DNA of 33,036 bases from a virus (taxonomy: Duplodnaviria > Caudoviricetes). Positions 8,501 to 19,000 of the stretch are shown in pieces (position 1 is the stretch's first letter; every line of letters starts with the position of its first letter). The position numbers and the translations under genes are program-made. The DNA lies in IMG/VR virus record IMGVR_UViG_3300005805_000270, positions 1 to 33,036 of that record. The stretch is one strand, 5' to 3'. The notes under the pieces are model-generated. The model was given only the letters and a program-made list of their open reading frames with translations. It was not told the origin of the DNA and searched no databases.

Positions 8501-9202
8501 TCGGTAGTAAATAAATCTTTAGGTAAATTAGGCATACCTAAGAATCCTGCTCTTGCTGGTATTATTACTAGTGCTGTTACTGCCGCTATCAATAATATTG
8601 CTTATCCTAAGGCAGTAAAAGGTGCTACTGGACTGCCTAGAGGAATAACAACACCGTCCGGTATTGCAGGATCTATTGGATTTGACGGTCTCAATGGAAT
8701 ACAGCAAGATATTTCTAAGTCACTGAGTGGTTTGCAATCTTTGGGTAAAAATCTAACTTCTTTAAGTGTTAGTGATTTGAGTGCAGGTGAGGCTGCTCAG
8801 TTGAACGCTGCTATGGGAGCTATAGGTTTCGGCGGCGCCGGCGCAATAAAAATGCCATCTATCGGTGAAAAGACATTTGACACATCATCTGTCTCTGCAC
8901 AAATAAGTTCCTTATTAGAAGATTCTAGAATTCCTAAACCAGATTTTGGAGACGAACCTGATTCAGGTGGCATAGCTGCATTAGAGGCTGCAATTCAAGC
9001 TAATAACGCAATTGATGCAGAATTTAATTCGCTAGAAACCCTACTAGGACAAGTTGACCAAGCCAAAGAAGAATTCTATGCATTGGAAGCATCATTGCCA
9101 CCGGGTTCATTGGAAATTGAAGAAGCTAGAAATCAATGGGTTCAATTGCAAATAAAAGCAAATGCAATATTAGACAGCATTGAGAACAAAATTAACTACT
9201 AA
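5555..9202 (+). CDS. gp5: Baseplate central spike (gp5/VgrG-like) with a long C-terminal extension
   Basis: OB-fold signature (GIVKNNIDPTRSGRIQV...YGMWYSPPDLESQVICIFINGDPNYGFYIG), then beta-helix repeats (GHSIVLDDG, GHQIMMSDD, GDINLHADNNINIHA...INGSKVNLN), then ~760 aa of A/G/S/T-rich sequence. SD GGAG upstream. Confidence 0.8.
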   Translation: MAEDIFKPAGATKASKPDAGGGVIRSVPVFGIVKNNIDPTRSGRIQVYISDLGGDDPDNPDNWATVSYMTPFYGSVQPTAPTTGEGDYVANPASYGMWYSPPDLESQVICIFINGDPNYGFYIGSAPKPEALHMVPAIGSSEKIITNNNSESQSYGGAPILPVTNINTNNIKTSDDDNFLDLPKPIHSYQASILFKQGIIRDTLRGTITSSANRESPSRVGWGVSTPGRPIYSGGYDDSSIGQAALAGNDESLKVISRRGGHSIVLDDGDLIGRDNLVRIRSSAGHQIMMSDDGQTIFIIHSNGQSWIELGKEGTIDMFNTNSFNVRTQGDINLHADNNINIHAKKKLNIKAEDIYIQSEKSTSHNVGSDYKIQTSGKYSHKISGTMSLQSGGTGSIQSSGVLYINGSKVNLNSGSGPSADAVPPLQDTAHTDTLFDSVKGYLAAPGKLKSITTRAPAHAPWVNANQGVNSQSSPSAEANLPSAPNASITKATQVAETSSTASPLAPAALATVPPVPSVSSSIDQQSTGAIVGAVATNAASGPAAQAVKTGAGIVPTNQGPVAALGSLGQTPSQLESAGFLKPGSSTLVDSLIKGGQPISGALSKNLFTGKGGVSDLASFVNNPTAQLSGMVTNLQKSQTALTNAGLLTGKESPVAISGLIMAGSTCGITSTLNTVKSITGGANGLPRTGVPGVTNPVFNALNSGNFAAGLAQSTTGGLGSILGAVAAMGVVSNVMGNKNRGATAMAFAAIATTLLPLPNKRPANLRAINSENMAIAEARSLKTTDPFKDAKDFLKLTGRLGGGQVNRVTSAVVGGLNAINKYNNARTPQQTISGVTGIIGSVGRLGAVTGNKSIAKSAREVNSVINATNQINKALNTISSSKTIVQQLGGLGRILGSVGQVGRVFGKKNLVANTRKAGTVVSSTQGILRGIDRIATSKNINTTLGALNSIIRSSSRIQGVLGNRSKSSGMSMIPGGTLSIGSVVNKSLGKLGIPKNPALAGIITSAVTAAINNIAYPKAVKGATGLPRGITTPSGIAGSIGFDGLNGIQQDISKSLSGLQSLGKNLTSLSVSDLSAGEAAQLNAAMGAIGFGGAGAIKMPSIGEKTFDTSSVSAQISSLLEDSRIPKPDFGDEPDSGGIAALEAAIQANNAIDAEFNSLETLLGQVDQAKEEFYALEASLPPGSLEIEEARNQWVQLQIKANAILDSIENKINY
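8003..8458 (+). repeat. ~2.7 tandem copies of a 56-aa cationic amphipathic protein repeat within gp5
   Basis: Units start at 8003, 8171 and 8339 (168 bp period) and align without gaps: ISGVTGIIGSVGRLGAVTGNK / LGGLGRILGSVGQVGRVFGKK / LGALNSIIRSSSRIQGVLGNR. Confidence 0.75.
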
Positions 9203-9205
9203 ATA
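9199..9205 (+). promoter_or_regulatory. Late promoter motif CTAAATA before gp25
   Basis: Overlaps the gp5 stop codon and lies 5 nt before the ATG at 9211. No SD. Confidence 0.5.
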
Positions 9206-9210
9206 CTATC

Positions 9211-9660
9211 ATGCCACAGTATATAGGTTTCAGCACTAGGGGTGCAAATTTACCAAAAACAACAAATCAACCTACTGGAAATGATGGGGGAGTTGGCACG
9301 GTAAAAAAATCATTGAACACGGGTAGGAAGTTTAGATTAGTTGACGAAGCACTTGTTATCAATGATTTTATAAATGCAATTAATATTAAACAGGGCGAAA
9401 AAGTAGGACAACCGGGATACGGAACAACACTTTGGAGCTTTGTATTTGAACCCAATACAGCCAATGTACAATTTCAGCTTGAAAATGAAATTAGAAGAAT
9501 TGCCAATTTAGATCCACGATTATTATTGAATTCTGTAAGGGCTTATCCACAAGAAAACGGAATTCTTTTAGAAATAGAGTGCGCTGTAACACCATTCAAT
9601 CAAGCACAAGTTTTGAGTCTGTTTTTAGACCAAGGCACAAATCAAGCTGTAATTCAATAA
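9211..9660 (+). CDS. gp25: Baseplate wedge subunit, gpW/gp25 family
   Basis: 149 aa; INAINIKQGEKVGQPGYGTTLWSFVFEP...EIRRIANLDPRL matches the gp25 pattern (T..GER...P.FG..L...LFE......I...EPR). Lies between gp5 and gp6. Confidence 0.88.
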   Translation: MPQYIGFSTRGANLPKTTNQPTGNDGGVGTVKKSLNTGRKFRLVDEALVINDFINAINIKQGEKVGQPGYGTTLWSFVFEPNTANVQFQLENEIRRIANLDPRLLLNSVRAYPQENGILLEIECAVTPFNQAQVLSLFLDQGTNQAVIQ

Positions 9661-9689
9661 CACCGAAAAAAAGACGGTTTTTAGGTATG

Positions 9690-9696
9690 ATAAATA
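9690..9696 (+). promoter_or_regulatory. Late promoter motif ATAAATA before gp6
   Basis: GATAAATA in the 54-bp intergenic gap, 18 nt before the ATG at 9715. Confidence 0.55.
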
Positions 9697-9714
9697 CTAA
9701 AAAGAGATAAACCT

Positions 9715-12700
9715 ATGGCTACAAGTTCACGACAATCTGCAATTTTCGGTGTAAATGACTGGCAAGCAATTTACCAGACCTTTAGAGAAGCCGATTTCAG
9801 AAGTTATGATTATGAAACTTTGCGTAAAAGTTTCATCGATTATCTGCGTGTATACTATCCTGAAACTTATAATGATTTTATAGAATCCAGTGAATTCATT
9901 GCTTTATTGGATGTTATAGCATTTATGGGTCAAGGTCTTGCGTTCCGTAACGACCTAAATACACGTGAAAACTTTATTGATACCGCTGAACGCCGTGACA
10001 GTGTAATTAAATTAGCTAACCTAGTAAGTTATACACCTAAAAGAAATTTGGCAGCGCAAGGTTATCTAAAGGTTGTAAGTATACAAACAACTCAGAACAT
10101 CAGTGATCTGAATGGAACTAATCTAGGTAATCTTCCTATATTATGGAATGACCCTGCAAACCCTAATTGGTTAGAACAATTTAACACAATCATTAATGCT
10201 GCGTTAGTAGATACACAACGAGTAGGCAGACCTGCAAACGTAGCAGATTTGTTAGGTGTTACAACAAGCGAATATACTGTAAGAATTCCAAATAATACTC
10301 TACCTATAATTCCTTTTTCATCTACAGTAGATGGTGTAAACATGAACTTTGAATTGTGTAGCGTAACTAGCGTAGATGCAGATTACATGTACGAAATACC
10401 ACCGGCACCAAGTGGACGCTTTAACATGCTATACCGTAATGATAAATTAGGTTACGGTAGTCCTAACACAGGATATTTTTTCTATTTCAAACAAGGAAAT
10501 TTACAAAACTACGATTTTAGTTTAGAACAACAAATTGCCAACCAGGTCGTATTTATTGGTGATATACAGGGGGTGAATAACGAAGATACATGGCTGTATC
10601 AGTTAAATGAAAACAACGGAACTAGAGTTCTTTGGAGAAAAGTAGAAAACATCTATGCTGACGCTTATTTACAAACAGAAACAAGTAACAGAACTATTTT
10701 TTCAGTTTCTTCTAGATTCAATGACCAAGTCAGTTACGTATTTGGAGACGGTGTATTCAGTCAAATTCCAGTAGGAACATTTAGAGCATATGTACGTGCA
10801 GGAAACGCATTGACATACACAATTGATCCTACTGAAATGCAAGGCATAACAGTGTCCTTTACATACATAAATCGTTTAGGCAAATCTGAAGTTATGACTT
10901 TAGGATTAGAGTTGCAATTGCCCGTAAGTAATGCACAAGCACGTGAACCCATAGCTCAAATTAAACAACGTGCTCCTACTAGATATTACACACAAAATCG
11001 CATGGTTAATGGTGAAGATTATAATAACTTCCCATATACATTATACAGTTCAATTATTAAATCTAAGGCTATCAATCGTAGTAGCATTGGTGTTAGCAAA
11101 AATCTAGACTTATTAGATCCGACAGGAAAATACTCTAGTTTAAATAGCTTTGCTTCCGACGGCGCATTATGGCAAAACACAGATGACGGATTCTTATCAC
11201 TCACAATTAACACTGTGGGAAATATCATTACTTTCTTAACAGATTCTTTGGGAAGTGTTTTATCTAGCAACAGAGTGGTTCAATATTACACACAAAATTT
11301 TACACAATATTCAGTAAACAATGCGTCAGGCGATGGAACTGTATATTGGAATACTAGTACAGTTGATGCTAATTCGTTAACAGGTTACTTTTATAATATT
11401 ACTGATGGCAGTCCTTTGCCTATCCCCATAGGAACTTATTCAACAAATAATGTCAAATACGTAACACCAGGCGCATTAGTCAAGTTTGTTGCACCTAGTG
11501 GTTTTTATTTTGATAAAAACAATCGTTTAGTAGCAGGTATACCTGGCGCCAGTGATCAAACGTATATATGGACAACGGTGTTATCAGTTATTGGTGACGG
11601 ATACAATAATGGTCAAGGATCGTTTGCGAATGGTACAGGTCCTGTAACACTGAATCAGTATGTACCAAACGGTGCTATACTTACTACTGTTCTGCCATCG
11701 TTTGACAATTCTCTGTCTAATGAAATTGTACAAGAGTGTATCATTAGAATGGAATTGCAACAAAATTTTAGCTTAGTGTTCAATAACTCATTAACTATCG
11801 CACAAGACAGATGGAGTATTCAGCAATTCGACAATCCAAATTGGTTCGTTAAATTTGAAAGTTTAGCAGGCGGAAGATATACAGTCACCTACAGATCATT
11901 ACGTTATTATTTTGGCAGTGTAGAAGATACCAGATTTAGCTTTGAACGTGACAAGTTGGTGTACGATCCACTAAGTGGAAAAATTTTACAAGATTTTATC
12001 AAAATTCTAGCTACCAATACACAACCAAATAGCAATAATGCATTGGCTAAAGACATACAAATTAACATTGTAGGACAGACAGTCGAAAGCGACGGATACA
12101 TAAATGATTTTGAAGTCGAAGTAGCAAGTAATGACATAAACAACAGAGGTCTAATAGTAAGTCCCGATTTCTTTCAAACTGTAACAGGTTATGTCACGGG
12201 GTCAGCTAATACTGGAATATATGTATTTTTTGAATTAATAGAGGATGCTATTAATCTATCAAGATATCAAATTGTTCCAACGACTGCTGTAGTACAGTAT
12301 CAAACTAAAACTCAAATCGAAGTTTCTAAGTATGACTATCCATTGGGTCAGTTATTTTACGCTTTTGGAGAAAATAAATTTTGGAAATCTGTACAAGACA
12401 ATACAGTTACAACACCATATTACATTTTAGAAGAACAACCACAATACTCTATTCAATATGGTCGTCAAGGATTGCAATACCAATATAGACATAACAGCAA
12501 TAATACAACAAGAATCGATCCTGCAACTACAAACATTATTGATTTGTATGTAGTGACACAGAGTTATTACACACAGTATCAAAATTATATACAAGATACT
12601 ACCGACACTGTGCCTATGCCACCAAAACCAACAATCAATGAGTTGAGTGAGGAATATGGACAACTAAATAATTATAAGATGTTGAGCGATAGTGTTGTAT

Positions 12701-13086
12701 TGAACAGTGTAGTTTTTAAGCCTTTATTTGGACCTAAAGCAGATCCAAATCTTAGAGCTACTATAAAAGTGATCAAATCATCTACAACAAACGCAAGTAA
12801 CAGTGAAATTAGAAGTTCGGTATTAGCAGCAATGAATACATATTTTGATATTAACAATTGGAATTTTGGAGACACATTTTACTTCTCTGAGTTGAGTGCA
12901 TATTTGCACGACCAGCTGGGAGAACTAATAAGTTCGGCAGTATTAGTACCTAACGATCCTAATATGAAATTTGGAGATTTATATGAGATAAAATGTTCCC
13001 CTTATGAAATTTTCGTAAACGCTGCTACCGCAAATGATGTGGTAGTTATAGCTGCATTAACACCAGCTGAATTGCAAATTGCTTGA
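9715..13086 (+). CDS. gp6: Baseplate wedge subunit (T4 gp6/baseplate J-like), enlarged
   Basis: DYETLRKSFIDYL...YNDFIESSEFIALLDVIAF...ENFIDTAERRDSVIKLANLVSYTPKR, YVFGDGVFSQIP, EPIAQIKQRAP.RYYTQNRMVNGEDY and C-terminal FGDTFYFSEL are gp6-family motifs. 1123 aa. Confidence 0.88.
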   Translation: MATSSRQSAIFGVNDWQAIYQTFREADFRSYDYETLRKSFIDYLRVYYPETYNDFIESSEFIALLDVIAFMGQGLAFRNDLNTRENFIDTAERRDSVIKLANLVSYTPKRNLAAQGYLKVVSIQTTQNISDLNGTNLGNLPILWNDPANPNWLEQFNTIINAALVDTQRVGRPANVADLLGVTTSEYTVRIPNNTLPIIPFSSTVDGVNMNFELCSVTSVDADYMYEIPPAPSGRFNMLYRNDKLGYGSPNTGYFFYFKQGNLQNYDFSLEQQIANQVVFIGDIQGVNNEDTWLYQLNENNGTRVLWRKVENIYADAYLQTETSNRTIFSVSSRFNDQVSYVFGDGVFSQIPVGTFRAYVRAGNALTYTIDPTEMQGITVSFTYINRLGKSEVMTLGLELQLPVSNAQAREPIAQIKQRAPTRYYTQNRMVNGEDYNNFPYTLYSSIIKSKAINRSSIGVSKNLDLLDPTGKYSSLNSFASDGALWQNTDDGFLSLTINTVGNIITFLTDSLGSVLSSNRVVQYYTQNFTQYSVNNASGDGTVYWNTSTVDANSLTGYFYNITDGSPLPIPIGTYSTNNVKYVTPGALVKFVAPSGFYFDKNNRLVAGIPGASDQTYIWTTVLSVIGDGYNNGQGSFANGTGPVTLNQYVPNGAILTTVLPSFDNSLSNEIVQECIIRMELQQNFSLVFNNSLTIAQDRWSIQQFDNPNWFVKFESLAGGRYTVTYRSLRYYFGSVEDTRFSFERDKLVYDPLSGKILQDFIKILATNTQPNSNNALAKDIQINIVGQTVESDGYINDFEVEVASNDINNRGLIVSPDFFQTVTGYVTGSANTGIYVFFELIEDAINLSRYQIVPTTAVVQYQTKTQIEVSKYDYPLGQLFYAFGENKFWKSVQDNTVTTPYYILEEQPQYSIQYGRQGLQYQYRHNSNNTTRIDPATTNIIDLYVVTQSYYTQYQNYIQDTTDTVPMPPKPTINELSEEYGQLNNYKMLSDSVVLNSVVFKPLFGPKADPNLRATIKVIKSSTTNASNSEIRSSVLAAMNTYFDINNWNFGDTFYFSELSAYLHDQLGELISSAVLVPNDPNMKFGDLYEIKCSPYEIFVNAATANDVVVIAALTPAELQIA

Positions 13087-13096
13087 GTAAGTAGAT

Positions 13097-16000
13097 ATGG
13101 CTACCAGAATCAGAACATTAAACTTTCTTCCAGAAATATTTCAAACAAAAACTAACGCACAGTTTTTAGCAGCCACGTTAGATCAGGTAGTGGCTCAACC
13201 TGAAACGAAAAAAATTGAAGGATACATTGGAAGTAAATTTGGTTATGGTATCGATGCAAGAGACTATTACGTAACAGAACCTACAAAGGTTAGGACAGAT
13301 TATCAATTAGATCCAGGTGTTGTTTTTACAAAAAAGAATGAATCAGTCGCACAAGATTTCATCAGCTATCCTGGCATATTAGATGCACTAAAACTAGAAG
13401 GTGGTTTGGTTGATAACAATAATCGATTATTCAACAGTGAATTTTATTCTTGGGATAGCTTTACTAATCTAGACAAAATCATTAATTTTAATCAATACTA
13501 TTGGATTCCTGAAGGACCTGCTAGTGTTGTTGTATCTAGTGAAACAGTTTTTTCGACCAATGACTATGTGGTAAGAGACTTACCTAACGGTTATAACATA
13601 GTACCATTAACTGCATCCGAATCTGGAGGAAGTGTCAATCCTACAATTACTCTTTTAAGGGGAGGAACATACACTTTTGCAGTTAATCAATCTTCTCAAT
13701 TTTGGATACAAGGTCAACCTGGTGTAACTGGATTTAGTCCTACACAACCTAATTTACAAACAAGAGATGTTTACGGAGTTAACAACAACGGCGCAAGTGT
13801 GGGTGTCATTACATTTACTGTACCGCCAAAAGATGCACAAGACGAATATAACTTACCGGGTAACAATTTAGTTGATGTTGTATCGACTGTTCCATTTAGT
13901 TCTATTAATGGGCAACCCGTTAGTGCTTTAGGAAATATAGACGGAGTAACATCACTAGAAAATTTAACAGTGATGTTTTATAACACAGGAGAACCAAACG
14001 AAGTTGGATACGTTTCAAACTTCTTTGACTTTACACCATATGATGAAAATAACAATTTAACAGGTGCGGTCACAGTTACCGTAACTGCTACAACTGCAGG
14101 AACAAACGCTATTACTTGTAACAGTACGGCTAATCTAGCAGTTGGTAATGCTATTACATTTACTGGTACTCCTTTTGGTGGTTTAGCACAATATTCAGCT
14201 ACATTACCAAATACAATTTATTTTGTAGAATCTATAATTAATTCTACACAATTTACTGTGTCATTGTCGGTTGGTGGTCCTGAGGTAATACTTTCCACAG
14301 CTACAGGATCATTGACAGGTAACGCTAATCAAGGTTTGTATGAGCAAGGATATTACACTAATGTAAATGAAAACTTTTATAGAATTACTTACGTTGGTAG
14401 TCCGTCTGAACCAGTAATTAGATTGGTTCCGTATGCTGAAATTCCTATCAATGAAAAAATAACTGCGGTATACGGTACGCAATGGATATCTAGAAATTTT
14501 TATAGAAACAATCTAGGTACTATATTATTGATACCTTACATTAGTGCTCCATTAGATACTTTATATTACCAAGACGGTTCTTCTACAACAAAAGTAGGAA
14601 TTATTCGTATTATTGAAAGTAATGCGTTGAACACACTTGATGTAGAACGTGATATTTTGAGTCAATTACAATTTACAGCTACAAATGGTGTTGTGTTTAC
14701 TAATGGATTAAAAGTTAAGTTTCAAGGAGACGTTGTTCCTACTAGTTATTTAACCGGAGAATACTATGTAGAAGGTGTTGGTAGTGGTATAGAATTGCTA
14801 CCAGTAGAAAATTTCATAGCACCCGAATCCTTTACGGCTAGTACATATGATCCATGGGATACTTTACCGTGGGATGCTTCAGCATGGGAAGGTAATTCTT
14901 ACATTCCAGTGACACCAGATTATATTACTATTGCAAGAAATTCAATAGATAAAAATGCGTGGTCAAGAAGCAATAGATGGTTTCATATAGATGTTATAAA
15001 TGCTACTGCAGGATACAATAATAATCCAAACTTAATAACATTATATGCAACACCGCAGTATAAAGCTAAAAGACCTATCATAGAATTTTATCCTAATTTG
15101 AAGTTGTTTAATTCAGGATCTGAAGGAAAAAATCCAGTAGACTTTATTGATCTTAGAACTACTGACGCTTTTAGTTTAGTAGCAGGACAACAAAATTATT
15201 ATCCAGATGTGGAAGTTTATACTGATTACACCGCTACAATTACATCTACAAATTATACTCCTAATAGAAGTTTGAATTCTTACAATCTTGCATCTAAGCG
15301 TTTCACCTGTGACTCTACAGCAGGTTTTAGAGTTAACGACATTATTGTATTCAACGACACACCTCCTGCACTAGGCATTACAACAGGTGCAACCTATTAT
15401 GTTTCAGAAGTTGTTTCAGGAACATTATTTACAATCTCATCTACTAAAGGTGGCGACAATGTTGGATTTACTGTTGATTTGCCAACAGGTCCTTATATTG
15501 GGCCGTGGTCTCTTACTTGGACACCACAAAGTACCACTATAACTGTATCTGCCTCTGATATAACAGGAGCATTTAGTGTTGGTCAATATATAACTGATTC
15601 TACTAACCAACTTCCTAGAAATTCTCAAATCGTTTCTATATCAGGAACCACAACCATTACATTGGACGTAGAATGGGAAGAAGGTTCGTCAGGTTACATA
15701 CCGACAACTACAAATGCTATGTTAATCGCAACTGACACAACCAATGACAACTACTCATTGTTTGAAGGATCAACAGTAATATTTGCTGCGGATACTAATC
15801 CAGATGTAAGAAATAAAATATACGTATCTAGATTTTCAACAGTAAATGGTTCATCTATTCCGGTAATTACATTAACTGAAGTCCAAGACGGAGATGTATT
15901 GGATGAACAGCAAACAGTTGCATTACGTGGATACTTTAATCAGGGTAAAGAATTTTGGTTTAATGGTTCAAATTGGGTTGATGGACAACAAAAAACAGAT

Positions 16001-19000
16001 GTGAATCAACCACCGCTGTTCGACATTTTTGATAGTAATGGTATAAGTTTTGGTAATTCTGATATCTACGTGGGTACATCTTTCGTGGGTTGCAAACTGT
16101 TTGCATATGGATTAGGATCAGGATTAGATGATAGTATATTGGGATTTCCTGTTAGATATAGTTCGGTAGATAACGTGGGAGATATAAGTTTTGATGTATC
16201 ATTAAATTTGGATACATTTGATTATGTACAGGGAAATTCTCCAATAACACAAAAAGTTAATACTGGATATGTATTCCAATACAACAATAGAATTGAATAC
16301 ACTAGACAAATAGGATGGCAAACTGCTGTATCCCCTAGTGTACAATACCAAATCTTCCAATTTGACTACGATGCTTTGGTGCCAAATTTGGTATACAAAT
16401 GTGATATTAAAAAACTTGATAGTAGTGATATTAACTGGCCTACAGTAGAAGTTTATTTAAATAATGTATTATTGTCTCACAGTGAATACACAGTTTCTAC
16501 CACAGATGATTCTACTACAATCACATTAACTGAATATCCAGTAACTGATACTGTAGTTCAAATACTGTTATTGAGTAATCAAGTGAGTAAAACAGCTTAT
16601 TATTCAATTCCTATTAATTTAAACAACAACCCATTTAATAACGACATAACAATTGCTAACGTTGGAGATATCAGAGGTCAATATCAAAGTATGTTTTTCA
16701 ATAATCCTGATAGCGAAGGGCAGGTATTCGGGCCTAATAATTATCGTGATTTAGGAAACATGGTTCCGTGGGGCAGCAAGATCATACAGAACAGTGCAAG
16801 TGTAGTTCTTCCTGGAACATTCCTGCGCAAACAAGAACACAACCTATTCAATGCGTTAATGTTTAATAGTAAAGAGTATGTTAAGTTTAAAAATTTACTA
16901 GTTTATACAGTACAAAACGCAGATTATGCACAACGATATGATCCTTCAACTATGCTAGATGATGCATTGGATCAAATAACAGCAGCAAAGACAGACAATC
17001 AACCATTCTTTTGGTCTGATATGTTGCCAAATAAAGCTGCATTTATTTCAAACACATACTCTTTTGCGAACAGTCTAGATGTAAGTATCTATCCTTTGTC
17101 AAAGGTATATGATTTCAGTAAAGCAAATTATAGCGGAGTATTAGTTTACTTAAAAAGAAGTGTAAATGGTACTGTTGTTACGAAACAATTAATAAAAGGT
17201 ACAGATTACATTGTCAGTACAGATGCACCTTCTTTGACAGTCACAGAAGATTTGCTGCCAGGTGATGTAATCATAGTGAAAGAATACAATCAAACTTATG
17301 GTAGCTATGTTCCAAACACTCCTACTAAATTAGGACTCTATCCTGCTCATATTCCGCAAGTTGTTTTAGATAGCAATTACGCTACGCCTACGTATTTTAT
17401 AAAAGGACATGATGGATCATATACAAAGCTATACGGAGAATATGATCCTATAAACAATATATTAATTGATTTTCGAGACCAAGTATTACTTGAATTTGAA
17501 TTAAGAATTTACAACAACTTGAAGTTAAGTGCTACTATTCCTATCGAAGAATATGAAATAGTACCCGGCTTTTTCAGAGAAACTGACTACACGTATGAAC
17601 AGTGGTTATATATGTATAGTTCTAGTTTCTTGAATTGGATTGGTCAAAATCGTTTAGACTATAAAACTCAGTTATATAACAATGCCAATACTTTCACGTA
17701 TAACTATTATCAAAGTGGAAATGCTTTAACAGGTGCACCAATAACACAGGGCTATTGGAGAGGAATATATCAATATTTTTATGATACTACTAATCCAAAT
17801 ACTGCGCCATGGGAAATGCTAGGATTCACTGAAATGCCAAGCTGGTGGACTAATAGATACGGTCCAGCTCCATACACAAGTGATAACTTAATTTTATGGA
17901 GCGACTTAGCAGAAGGTATAAATTGGAATAATGGTAATCCTATTGTTATAGAAAAGGCTAAGAGGCCCGGATTGTTAGAGGTGATTCCCGTAGATGAGTC
18001 AGGAAATCTCTTAGAACCATTGGAATGCATAGTAGGAAACTACAATCAAAAGCTATTTAGGCGTGATTGGAAGATAGGTGATAACTCACCAGTGGAGTTA
18101 AGCTATAGACGTAGCAGCACGTATCCATTTGACTTAATACGACTAATGGCATTGATGAAGCCTGCACAATTCTTTAACTTAGCTGTGGACCTTGACAACT
18201 ATAAGTTTAACACTGAATTCAATCAGTATTTGGTCAATGACAGAAGCCACCTAATTATCAAAGATATTCAAGTTTATGGTAATGGCATTGCTAAAACAAG
18301 TTACTTGAATTGGATCGTAGATTATGAAAAACAAATAGGTCTTGCAGCAACAGAAAACATAACAGAACTGTTGGATAACTTAGATGTTCGTTTAGTTTAT
18401 AGACTGGCTGGGTTTAGTGATAAAGTGTTATTAAAGTTCTTTGTAGAAAAAGGAACTCCAAACTCTAACAATGCTAGCTTACTAATACCAGACGAAAGCT
18501 ATAGTGTGTTATTGTATGATAATCAACCATTCAATAGAATAGTCTATTCTGGAGTCATAATACAGATTTCTGATGACGGTAATTATCTAGTATTTGGTAA
18601 CTCGCAAACTTCTGCGTATTTTACAACATTAAAACCAAAATTTGCCGGCAACTGGCAAACATTTGAAGTAGAAGGCGTAAACCTACGAATAACAAACGAT
18701 CACTATGAACAAGAGCAATTTGTGCCATATGGTACTAAATTCTATTCTATACAAGAGGTTGCACAGTTTTTAGCTGATTACGGTGCTTATTTAGAATATT
18801 TAGGTATGCAGTTTAAGGAGCAAGAAAACGAACTTACCTTAAACTGGGATCAAATGATCGCAGAATTTATGTATTGGTCTCAAACTGGTTGGGAATCTGG
18901 AAGTGTGGTAACCTTAAATCCTTCAGCAAAAACACTGGTTATAGACAAAGACAGCAACATTGTACAGCCATTGACAATACAACAATCTAATTTTGTGTTG

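Noticed and set aside
2092-13086. Bacterial eCIS, T6SS or tailocin locus
   Set aside because: The flanking gp55 and gp47 genes and the TAAATA late promoters indicate a T4-like lytic phage. No T6SS membrane complex or Afp15-type ATPase is in the window.
13081-13099. Read-through or frameshift fusion of gp6 with the giant ORF
   Set aside because: The two are in different frames with a 10-nt gap and no slippery sequence, and the giant ORF has its own ATG.
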